DNA from: Chara braunii
Lineage: Eukaryota; Plantae; Charophyceae
Length of the DNA: 45,942 nt
Assembly (NCBI GenBank): GCA_003427395.1
Contig: BFEA01000014.1
Location: forward strand, 2,394,517 to 2,440,458
Reading direction: 5' to 3'
This document shows, piece by piece, positions 21,938-33,557 of the stretch. Position 1 is the stretch's first letter. Each line of letters begins with the position of its first letter. The notes under the pieces were generated by a model that saw nothing but the letters and a program-made list of their open reading frames with translations, did not search any database and was not told the origin of the DNA. A program made the position numbers and the translations under genes.

Positions 21938-22018
21938 TTTTTTTTTTTTTTTTTTTTTTTTTTTGCTCCAATCTATTCGTGGGGAGCTGCACGTGCTGGG
22001 AACCAGGCCCGGCATCCG
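21938..22018 (-). mobile_element. Retroposon 3' end (CGTG/CACG motif variant) directly followed by poly(A)
   Basis: Motif at 21965-22018 abuts poly(T) at 21938-21964. Same variant as the LINE-3 3' end. Confidence 0.7.
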
Positions 22019-22879
22019 ATTCAAGATCATATTGAAAAAAATGAGAAATTTAAAGAGAGATCCTTGAGATACCGGGGCCATTCCCCGGCTTCGGCTAAGA
22101 AAACAACTGTGTAATCTGCACAAGAACACTAAGATTCTCTGTCCCCCAAAGCTCAGATCAAAGAAACATTCAGAACAAAAAAAACACCTGCCTTAGGGCT
22201 TTCAGCAGCCCAACCCTACCTGCCTCACCCCTATACCCCGATGCCCAATCTCTACCAGGCCTCATGCCCCCAACTGCTAGCTTACAGAGTGGCGCGACCC
22301 ACTCCAGAAACCCCCCACCTGCTAGGCCACAGGGCAAAGCGACCCGCCCCGGCTCCGGTCAGCATCCACTATGCACTAGCTCACCAAAAGACACTAGAGT
22401 GCCTTCCACCCTCAACAACTCCCCAGATCTCTCTACCAGGTCTCATGCCCTCGTACAGCTCGAGTTACAGGGCAGCGCGACCAAGCCCCAGCACCAACCA
22501 TCGTCGTTCTGGCCTCATCTATTCGCAAACCACCAGGACTCAGGACTAAGCCAAATACCAGTCAAGCCACCAATCAGCACCATAGCTGTAGATCCCCTCA
22601 TTCATCTCCTTCATGCACTGTTATACCGCGTCAAACGCGGGGACGCAGCCATTCGGGTAGCATGCTTTATGTTCTAGACAGTGAGCTTGGCAAAGGTCTT
22701 ATGAAGTGGGGGACAGGCAGCCTTCTGGATGGTAGTGTCCAAAGCCAACACTCTCCCACACACCACACGCAACCCACTCACATGCGCACTCACACCCGTG
22801 TTGGCTGAAGACCTTAACTGATACGGAGTGGGAGGATCCAGCTCACTATCTCAGTTGGATGGCATCAAGAGTGCCACAG

Positions 22880-22950
22880 CCAGCGGTGGGGATAGAACCC
22901 ACAGCCTCCTGAACGCCAGTTGCGTGCCTAACCACTTGAGCTAGGATGCT
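22880..22950 (-). mobile_element. tRNA-derived SINE head
   Basis: Minus strand CCTAGCTCAAGTGGTTAGGCACGCAACTGGCGTTCAGGAGGCTGTGGGTTCTATCCCCA is related to the other two heads. Confidence 0.68.
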
Positions 22951-23259
22951 GGATGGAACCCAGATTCTTTTATCGCAGGATGAAAAAAAAAAAAAAAAAA
23001 AAACTGAAAAACGAATAGCAAGCTACTGAGGGCTGTACCACCCGAGACGTGGCCAGGAAAAAGGGCATTTCAAGCTCTAAACTACTAGCAGTGTATCTAC
23101 CCATGTTCTACCAGAAGATTCATGCTCTTTTTCCACATTTGGTCAGTAGTGGAGCAAGGCCCTGGATCTCCACAACTCTCCAGGCAAAGGTAAGTACGCT
23201 TTTTCTGCTTTTTTTTCCCAAAAGTCAATACGTACGTTTTTTCTTTTCTTTTCTTTGGT

Positions 23260-26200
23260 AAGCCCTGCCAACGAGGCAGGGCAGTCCGTTCTAAATTTCG
23301 TTACTTGGGTGTAGTAAACAGCAGAATGCTTCGATACTGCATTTCTGGAAGAGGAAACAGAGGACTCGGAGGAATCAGAAGGCAAGGAGTCCGAGAGTGA
23401 AATGGACGAAGACGGGGAGGAGGAAGAAGAGGAAGAGGAGGGGGAGGGAGAAGAAAGAAAAGGGGATGATGGTACAGAGTCAGAAATGGAACAAGGGCCA
23501 GAAAAAGTGGAAGGAAAGAATGGGCTCGAAGAAAGCGAGGACGAGAAAGATGAGGAAGGGGCAGAAGGAATGGAAGAGGGTAGAAGGGGGAACGAAGGAG
23601 AAGCGGAGGAGGAAGGAACGAAAGAGCCTTTGGATTGGGAAGAAAAGGTTGATCTAGAAGGTAAGGAAGAAGAGGAGGAAGGGGACCTTCCGAGTCAAGA
23701 AGAAGGAAGTAAGACAATTGAATTTGAAAGGGGAAAGGAGAACTCCGTCGATGAGGGAAGACGGGAAGAGGACAAAGGGGAATCTAGTCACCCCCGGACA
23801 GATGAATTGGCCAGGGAGAAGGGCGAGGAAACAGGTAAGCCCTTAGAAGAGGACGGGGGTATGATGATGAATGGGAGGAGCAAGGACAAGAAGAAGTGAA
23901 TCAGGGCGGCAGTGAGAGCGAATCAGAGGATGATCTGTTAGGAGTAGTGGGTGAGTCCCTACTAGAAGAACCGTCGCCTGCCCAGGAGATAATTCAGAAA
24001 GGGATAGGGCCTATGTGGACTCTCCCAATGTTACCCCTGAGTAATGCGTCGGAGGAATTTAAGCTATATTGCAATGACGTATTTGACTCGGAAAAACGGG
24101 AAGGATTCCAACCAGTCGGCCTTTTGGAAGGGCAATCTACCGACGGGGGACAGAGGAAGCAAAAAGGGGTAAGTCGGGCAGTGACCGACCCAATGTACCA
24201 CAACACAATCGCAGGAGGTTCCCCCTCCAGAAAGGCCAAAATAAATGAGACTGTAGGGGTGGGAATTGTCAGGGAAGATCTGACAGAAACTTCACCTGAG
24301 CCAGGGAAGAACGGAAGCCTCGTAGGTCGAAAGCGCAGCCATATCTATCGGGCTACTCGTAAGGAGTTATCCCATGCGGAACCAATGAAAACGCTGACAA
24401 AGGCTGACAGGGCGAAAGGAACAGTGAAGAAGTTCCTGGTTCCATTGATTTGTTCGGATGTGCCTCATAATGGCACTCTTGTTCTCACTAGACTTACAAA
24501 CAGTGAAGCGCTGGAAATCCCAGCTATCCCAGTCAACTCAACCTCGACAGACGAAGAGGTAGCAGAGTTGACAAAGAGGCATGTATTACATCATAGGGGA
24601 TCGGTGGTGCATTTACCTACCTTCAAACTGAATCGATATCTGTCGTTAGTGAATAAAGGGGCCCCGGTGGTGTTTCACTTTGCTCTGCTGGGTCTCAAAA
24701 CTATCACAGACTCTTTTGAGAAGTGGTGTGACCTGAGGGTCCACTTGATCCCACTGCAGGAATTGCTGGCGAATCAGTCAGAAAGGACTTCGCCTCTCCA
24801 GCTTCCAGCAGGAAGACAAGGAACACTGGTCTCAGAATGTGTCAAGCACGTTGGACTGCAGGACAGACTAACTAATGAAAATATCTCAGGCCTGTTGACA
24901 GCAGTCCGAAACGGGAACCCACATCAGAAGGAACAAAGGAGCAGGAAGCAGGGGACCTCGCCAGCCTCCTCGAGCCGTATTCAACAAAACGGCGGGTGCA
25001 GACTAGATGGTCCAACCGCCTAAACTCCGTATTGCCTCTTGGAATATACGGGGTTTGAGAGACACTAATCGAAGACTTAAAAGATCGCGTTTTCTCCAGT
25101 GGATTCACTCTAATAATGTGCAGATCGTAGGATTACAAGAGACAAAGGTTAATAATGATAAAATCAGAGGAGTCAGGGCCTTTTGGGACGGCCCACAGGT
25201 TTGGTCGCCCGCGGTAGGCACTTGTGGGGGGGTGGCGGTGCTAATAGATAAAAATTTATATATAACAGAACTCGACTCCTTCTCGGATACAGAGGGCCGC
25301 ATTGCCTGGTTGAAGTTCCAACTAGGAGACGAAGAGTGGGCAGTAATGTCCATCTACGCCCCGGTGGAACTTAATCAGAGAGTGGATTTTCTGGCTAATC
25401 TCCCCAGCTGTGTACCGGACAAAGAGAACTTGATCCTGCTGGGGGATTGAAATACAATCCTGCTTCCAGGATTGGACTCCCTGTCCAGACACCCAGCACG
25501 AGCAGACGCAGAAATGCTCTAAGAATTTACAAAATCACAGGCGCTGACCGATGTATTCCAGATTTTGAATCCGGATGCAAACGGGTTTTCATGGTACGGG
25601 CCGCGCCCCTCTAAAAGAGCACAAGCTCCTCGTAGCCGGCTGGATTCTATTCTGGCCAGAGGATCCCCGTGGGACAGGTGCTGTTGGTCGGATGTCCAAT
25701 ATGCGTCCCTATCTGATCACTACCCAGTCCTTATGGACGTTTTAGCGGTTGACGTAGTAGAGAAGGAGAGACTCCCTTTCAGGCTTAATGTTATTGAAGG
25801 ATGAAGGGATCAAGTCGTGGGTTGTAGACCAAATGCGCTGTTGGGAAGAAGCAAAGGACTTGTTTGAGACTCATTCAAGTTTAGAGTGGGCGGAAGGAGG
25901 GATAAACATAAAGAGAGCCGCTCTAATGAATTTCTCAGGAATGAAAGTTGCCTCTCGTGCGTGGAAGGAAAAACAACTTATAAAAGAAATTGAACAGGCA
26001 GAAAGAGAGATGGGAGGTGACCCATTCTCTGGTTACTACTGGTCTGAAAAAAGAAGCCAAGCAATGTTAGAATTAGAAAAAGTAGAAGTTAGAAAACAGT
26101 CCGAATGGTTGGACTGGCTGAAGCTAAGGGGGATTATCAGTTACGATAGAATGACCAAGATTTCTTTCCGGTCCTTGATCATCAGACAATCCAAATCCCT

Positions 26201-29200
26201 TATCAGGGAGTTAGCCCACCCGTTTGCGATAGGTTCGCTGCTTGCTACGGATACGGAGACAATGTGCTCTTTCGCGTTCGATTATTTTAGTGACATTGTC
26301 ACCACAAGAAGACCATTCGACGCCTGTGACACTGACCTATCCACTAACAGCCTATTCTGGGACAGAACCACGGTTAGACTTTCGACGGGGATCGTACAGA
26401 TGTTAGAAGAGCTGTTCACAGTGGAACTTGAAGAACTAAGGAAAGCAGCCAATCAGATGGCGAGAGGTAAATGCCCTGCCTTGACGGCCTCCCAGTGGAA
26501 CTCTACGTGGAATGCTGGGAGGCCTTTGGCCCCTTCTTGTGTGAGGTGTACAATAACATAAGAGAAGGAGGCTCTCTTCCACACGGTTTTCTAAAAGGAT
26601 ATGTTTCGTTATTGTATAAAAAAGGAAGCAAGTCGGAAGTTAGGAATTATCGACCAATTTATGTCCTAAATGTGGCATATAAAATTTTAGCCAAAGCCCA
26701 AACCGTCAGATTGGGGGAGCACCTGCCCAAACTGGTAGGCCTGGAACAAGGGGCCTTTGTTAAAGGACGTAAAATTTTGGATAACATAATGACTACCCTG
26801 CAGGCCCTAAAAAAAAGAAAAAAGGGAGATCGCAGTCCTTCTCCTTGATGCGGAGAAGGCTTACGATAAAGTTGGTTGGCCCTTTGTTTTCACGACCTTA
26901 AACAGAATGGGCTTTGGCCCCAATTTCCAGCACTGCGTAAAGACCATGTACGCAGTCTTTGGGAGAGCACTGGTGCTTACTTCTGCGACCTTCTCAATTA
27001 TGTGGTTCCCCCTCACAGTTTCACTACCTGGGGGACAAGGCGTACTTAGCAATAAAGAGAGGGGCGGCTCGCTATTTATGGAAGCCCGATGCCAGGGAAC
27101 AACAAGGATTCATATATAAAGTGGCATGGGATATAGTCTGTCAACCAAGGGAGCAAGGTGGATTGGGGTTGCTGGATCCAAGAGATCAGAACCTCGGTCT
27201 ACTGGTCAAGTGGATTATAAAAGCTTGCTTCCAAAAAAAGCTTAAACAGTGGGTTCCTTTGGCAGAGTACATCTTGAGGAAAGACTGGGACTTGGTGGAA
27301 GGGACCAATGTGTGGGCCTGCGTGCTACAAACGGAGTTCGCCAAAAAGAGTGGACCGAAATTTTGACTGCATGGCCAAAGATCAAGCCTGGAAGATGGAG
27401 GGAACCATGCACGAAGCTCGAAGTGCTGAACCAATGCTTGTTTGACAATAATCTGATCAGACAGGCATCGGGGACTCCCTTCGGGACAAAGGACAGAGCA
27501 GGGAACTTTGGCCGCTCATGGATGGAGAAAGGGGTCTTCCTGGTTAAACACGTGTGGGATGGGGAAACACTAAGTTGGTGCTCGACAGGGGAACTACGGA
27601 GGAAACTACCAAGAGTGCGTAAGTTGAAAAAACACTATAATGAGCTGCTAGCAGATATTCCCCCTCATTGGGAAAACCTCATAAAGGAGAGTACGGAGCA
27701 CGCGATGGGTACGTGGTTACTCCAGCCAGATGACCCACAGTTTATTCTGAAGGTTTTGGGCCCAGACCTCCCAAAAGGCATAAAGATGGAACAATGGAGG
27801 AAAGGGAGGTCCCTCAAGGAGGGTGTAGAACTGGTCAGAGAAAAGGAACTCTCACTGGCGTCCACAGTGGATTTGCTAGAAGTAAGAGTATGGGAAGCTC
27901 AGGACCCGACGGCCAAGCAAGTGGTTTTGTTGGACGGACAGACAGAGCATTACAAGGTGGAGCCACTGCTGTATGGGTGGAAAGGATTAAGGGGAAAGAC
28001 AACACCTCTGATTCACTACCGGCCGAAGATTGGGGTGATGCAGTTTCCTCTGAAGAAGACACGACCACAAAAAGTAGCTCTTACGAGATTTCAGAAATCT
28101 TTGGGAGTAGCGAAGCCTCCCCCTGACTTTGGAAGATTGTGGAATTTGTTAAGGAAGGTTCCTTCACAGAGACAAGCAAGCCTTATGTGGGCTCAAACAT
28201 TGGCAGTGATACCCTCGGCGGTTTGGCTAAATCATAGAGGGATGGACCTGGATGTGACATGTGTAAGATGTAACGGGGGGAGGGAAACTACGGAGCATCT
28301 GTGGCTCCTCTGCCCCCTGGCAGATGAGTTATGGAGATGGTGGAAGCTTCAGTGGGAAGAAGGAGGAGGCACATAGTGGGAATGGTCGGACGATTGGATT
28401 TTGTACGCCCTCCCACCCTCTACTGCTAAACTTACGAACAAATGGGGACATGTGGCGCTTGTCTGCAGAGGGATACTGCTTGAGATAATATGGAAAGCAC
28501 GGAATGCCAAGGTTTTTAGAAAAGAACAGATGTCTGTTCAACAACAGACTTGCTTGGTTAAGGAAATGCTTAGACTGACGGTACTGACCGAATGGAGGAA
28601 ATCCAAGCTGAGAGCAGGTCAGGGGCTCTATTGGTTCCGAAAAGTATGGACAGAAAGAGATTTTCTGGCTTCGGTTTCGCCGGATGGTAACTTGAAAATA
28701 TCAAAATGGTTAACATAGGTCCAGGAGCGGTTGTCCGAAGTTAGGCCAACATTGTATTCTGGGCGGAGATATCGGAATTGGTCGACAGTCCTTTGTATCC
28801 TAAGTCTTATCGTTTTCGAGTTACAGAGAATAATACTAGGATACTCAGCTGTCTGATTTAAGTTGAGCTTGCCTGTCAATAGAGATCTCACCCTGCACTT
28901 TTTTGGGGACATGATAGGTGCTGAGTTTTATCAGCCAAAAGGCTGCGGATAGACAGACGTTCTCCACTTCAAGGGACAATCCCTTACTTTTATTGAGATT
29001 CAAGGTTATTCTTTGGAGAGCACGGGTCATAGGAAGGAGACACTGAAACCGGAGTCTAGTTAATGGGAAAGGGAGTCGGTCCCAGCAGCGAACAAAGTAG
29101 AGATGAAAGCTAAACAAGCTAATGCTGCCAGGATAACTCCGGGTTGAATTGTGAGGTCCCCGGCCTCCTTCTTATGAATTTTGTAATAAAGACATTTGCT

Positions 29201-29222
29201 TTCAAAAAAAAAAAAAAAAAAA
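23260..29222 (+). mobile_element. L1/Tx1-like LINE (LINE-4): ORF1 3' part, ORF2 with internal RT deletion, 3' UTR, poly(A)
   Basis: Acidic ORF1 pieces at 23402-25023. EN motifs SWNIRGL, GLQETK, IYAP, LGD, SRLDSIL, SDH (25007-25800). RT N-half DGLP, RNYRPI, QGAFVKGR, DAEKAYD. GGLGLLDP. CVRC..EHLWLLC. Stop at 28718, AATAAA at 29185, poly(A) at 29204-29222. Confidence 0.93.
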
Positions 29223-31129
29223 CGTAAAGTAGGTTTGTTTTTTCTTTTTTTTCTGAGCCTTTTAACAGATGAAATGCAGCGACCGGTTGCTCACTGCTGC
29301 GACCTCCGTCCGACGTGGCGTGTTAACAGCCACTTTGGAGAAAATTAGCTGGGCGAGGTACTGGTGGTTTAAAGAAGAGGAGGTCGTGCTCATTCTTTTG
29401 GGCACGAAGCTTGTCTGGCACGCCTGTTTGCATGCTGGGAGTGGGTGTGGAGTGACGTGTGTGGTGACATGAGTATTTTGAGCGTTGGTGTGCCTTCGCT
29501 TATAATTACGCTAATTGTAATCAAGATGAGGGTGTGATTGGCGTTGGTGATCTCAGATATGGAGATTGTATTACAGAACGGGAGTTTCTGGACGTTTGGC
29601 TCGTCCTTTCAGACGGGCCTCGGTTATGAACGAAGTTGAAGACTCATATCAGACTGGTGACTCTTGATTGGCGAATGGCGACCCTCCTTTGACGACCCTT
29701 GGTTTGACGACCCTTGGTTTCCCTTACGTCCCCTGTTGACCTTATGGTGGATTCATATGCCTTCGACTCTTCAAGGACTGTTGGCTGATCAAGCTTTGAG
29801 GATTCAAACAGCTTCGACACTATGATATATTTTAAAGTGCTGCTATCTTGCGAGAAATCGGGTACTAGCACTTCTTTGCTTTGCTCTGTCAATGACATTG
29901 TAGACGGGCATACCATTTTTGTGCACTGGATAGTTTGTTTCATGCCACTAGTTTTTTTTTTTTTTTAATGGTCTCATAGTAAATACATCTCGTCTTTACT
30001 TGGCTTTTTTGGAAATTTGGAGTTCTGCTTAGGTCTATTGCAAGGAAAAGAAAAGAAAAGAGAAAACTGTCTGGCACAGGACTGTCACAGTGAAAGCATG
30101 AGGACGAAGGAGAAAGATACACCCAAATGGAGCACTTCGTCACGCACGCAAATATTGGATATCGAATTTCAAATACCACCCAAAAAAATTCCACACTTAA
30201 AACGACAGAGCACAAAAGGAGCGGCAAAACCTCCACACATTTAGTCTGCGCCACGAACAGACTCATCAGGAGGAGACATGCAACACGAAACCAATTGGGC
30301 CTTTCCTTTGCCTTGCCCCATTAAATAGCTAACCTACTCTGACCCGCCTCATCAGGAGGAAACGCACAAAGTCCATCCTAGCCCAGACACAAGGTACATG
30401 ATAGGAATCGAACAGTGAGATCTGCCTCTCGATCCGAGCAGCTTGAAGTAGCAGGCACAAAGAACCCATCATGAACCCCTTGCGCCCAATGAATACCTGC
30501 ACAGCCAAACAACAGAGACACGGCACAGAGAAACAGCACAGAGAGGAAACCAAACACCTCGCACAAGGGTCGCAGGTCCGAAGATGAAAGTACAACTCAA
30601 CCTTCCTCGATGTAACACCAGAGAGGTGCCTAACGGCACACCAAATACATAGTACAGGCTACAGCTGGAGCACGTCGTGAAGAAGAGTGCAGAGCAGGCA
30701 GGACGAGATGCCTGTGCCGGAGGCTGAGTATAGTGCACAACCGTCACCTCAAGAACTTCAGGAATTTCTGTCTTTATTAAAGTTTATTTGTTTTTCTGTG
30801 CAGCCTTGCTTAGGTTAATTACAAAGAATTTAGGTTGACAAATTTAAAATTTCTGTTACTGTCTTGGTTGAATTTTGTAGGGCTTTTAATAATAATATGT
30901 AGTTGTGAAAAACTTGTGATAGAGATTGTGTTGTGACTTTTTCAACTTTGCCGGTTTAGGCAATAAACGACTTGAATGCGTGTGATCTTAGGAATTTAAT
31001 TTACTTGGTCGAGACAACTGTCCAGATACAATGTCATGTAAAATGTTGCCCATACATTGAAAATGTTTGAACACTTGGAAAATGTTTTCAGTCTAGAAAA
31101 CTGTCCAGATGCATGTAAAATGTTGGCGC

Positions 31130-32436
31130 AGATCAGCCCATTCTTGGTAAAATGTTATAATGATGTATTGGTGGGAGGAAATCTAACGAAAGGAATGATG
31201 AACGGGATTATTTCCCTTCTCTATAAGAAGGGGGATAAATCAGAAGTAAGGAACTGGCGTCCAATCTCAGTCCTTAATGTGTCCTATAAAATTCTAGCCA
31301 AAACATTGGCATTACGGCTAGCGCGATATCTCCCGGATCTGATTCAGAAAGAGCAAGGGGCTTTTGCAGATATCAGGACAATAGGTTGGTGGAACAGTAA
31401 AAAAAAGCAGATCTTAGGTCTGGATGAGTATGGGACTAGCGAAGGTACTAGCTTACTGCGACAGAAGGTCAAAAAACCCCCTCAAGGGGTAGTGGCCAAG
31501 AGAAGGCAAGATCAGGGTCTGCTGGCCATCTCAGAAGAACAGCTCCGGTCTATTTGGCAACAGATTAAACAGCTTCCTTCGCAGCGTTTAGCCAATATCT
31601 TGTGGCTACAATCTATGTTAGCAACAACCTCAACAGTATGTCTAGTCGCCAAAGGAATGGAAATATCAGCCTCCTGTGTCCGGTGCAGGTGGATGTGGGA
31701 GGATTCACGTCATCTGTGGCTGACATGCCCAACTTCGAGGAGAATTTGGGATTGGTGGATACAACATTGGGACCGGATCACCGGAGGAAATTTTGTGTGT
31801 CGGATGATTGGATCCTAAACGGAGTTCACGAGAAGGCAAACGCAAAGGCTGGCGACTGGCTGTATGTAGCACAGGAGGCTCGAGCTATCCTTATGAAGAT
31901 AATCTGGGATGACAGAAATGATCAACTGTTCAAGAACAAGTTCATCTCTGACAATGCCATCAAGAATACGGTAATGCAGCAACTTAGATACACTATTCGC
32001 AGTGATTGGATCCGTAGAAACAATGGAGGCAACAAGTACAAGGTGAGAAAATGAATTGGTGACACCTGGGGTAAGAGGTCCAGATTAGTCCAGCTTAATG
32101 CAGAAGGCAGGATTTGCTTTTCGCCCTGGCTCCTCACCCCAGCTGGGCATGGGAAACGTTTTAGCTCCCCTCCGTAACTCATTTATCATTGGAAGTCTCT
32201 GTTTTGGTACCCATGATTCGACATAGTAAGTGCTTTTTGCAGTGAGGAATTTTTTAGTTTTGGAGAGATCTTTTGGTAAGGGACACTGGACCCGGTTTCC
32301 AGAAGCCTAAAGCTGGGTAAATGGCCTGAGCATGTTTGTGTACCGGGTTGATATGTGGGGTGTGTTCCCGGGCCCCGGTCCCTCACTTGGAATAAATGGT
32401 TTATTTTCTCAAAAAAAAAAAAAAAAAAAAAAAAAA
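31130..32436 (+). mobile_element. Internally deleted LINE fragment (LINE-5) with poly(A)
   Basis: LLYKKGDKSEVRNWRPISVLNVSYKILAK..EQGAF is fused to a C-terminal region with CVRC..HLWLTC. AATAAA at 32391, poly(A) at 32411-32436. Confidence 0.88.
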
Positions 32437-32950
32437 GCATGGTAACCGCCGACCCGGGGACACTTCTTCCGGACTAGTGTCTGGACCGGTCCAGACTGTT
32501 TGATTGATCCGGACACCACCAGACACCCGGACAATGCGGACATCACCGGACCCAGACAGTCCAGACCGGTGTCAGGGGGTGCAAAATATACGGACCGAAA
32601 AAAAAAAAAAAAAAAAAGGGGGGGGGGGGGGGGGGGGGGGGGGGGTGTTGGCAGACACTCACTCGCTTTGCACTTTGTAGTTCGGGCAGCAGAGCACCTG
32701 TCTTGCCAGCTTGCAGCAAATCAACAAGCACATTCAACTACCGTAGCAGACGTGCAGAGTTGCAAACAGTGCAAAGCAGGCACAAGACTAAAGAAACAGA
32801 GAAAAAAACAAACTTAAAAAAAAGAAAAAAGTACGATAAAATTTAAAATTTGAGTTCGTAACTTCATATGTTAACTTCAAAGTTCGAACTTTGTACTGCT
32901 TGCAGTTCAATTCAGAACGTCAGTCTTCAGACTGGCAGCACTGTCACAGT

Positions 32951-33027
<77 letters not shown>

Positions 33028-33557
33028 ACAATGGGCAGGGGCGGCACTTCAAAACGGCCGCTTTGAAATTGCTCGGGCCTGTGTGAAACCCGCCACCCCA
33101 AAAACCTGTAGTGTCTTGTGTCCGGACCTGTAGGCAAAAATCACCCCGTTATTTTGTAAGGGGTGGCCAGGACCCAAGAGACGTCCTGGGATGCCCCCTT
33201 TTTTTTTTTTTCGAATTTTGCCCTGGGGGCCTACATACAGACATCATGGACCGGACACCAAACCTGGACATGTTGTTCCGGACTGTGGGCGTTAACGAAA
33301 GAATGAATCTTCCCACAGAAAATGGCCAGGTTCATCGGTTTGCTATAAATGGTAACGAGTGTATTTTGCCACCTTTGTTGGGAAGATGCACTCGTTTTGT
33401 TTTCGTTTCGTGTGCCGTGCAGCGAGACCCTGTATGGAACCCTGTCCGGACCTTACTGTGAAGGGAAAAGGCTCTGGCTCCATTACTGGACATTGAAGAT
33501 GTATCTTGACTCTAATGAGGACCAAACACATGCAGAATGATGTTGTTGTTGTTGTTG

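Noticed and set aside
19613-22950. Functional tRNA genes
   Set aside because: Acceptor and anticodon stems are poor, two heads share a non-tRNA tail, and there is no adjacent poly(T) terminator. SINE heads fit better.
32573-33224. hAT-like element (CAGGG..CCCTG ends, many CCGGAC motifs)
   Set aside because: The TIR match is short and gapped and there is no 8-bp TSD, so boundaries cannot be supported.
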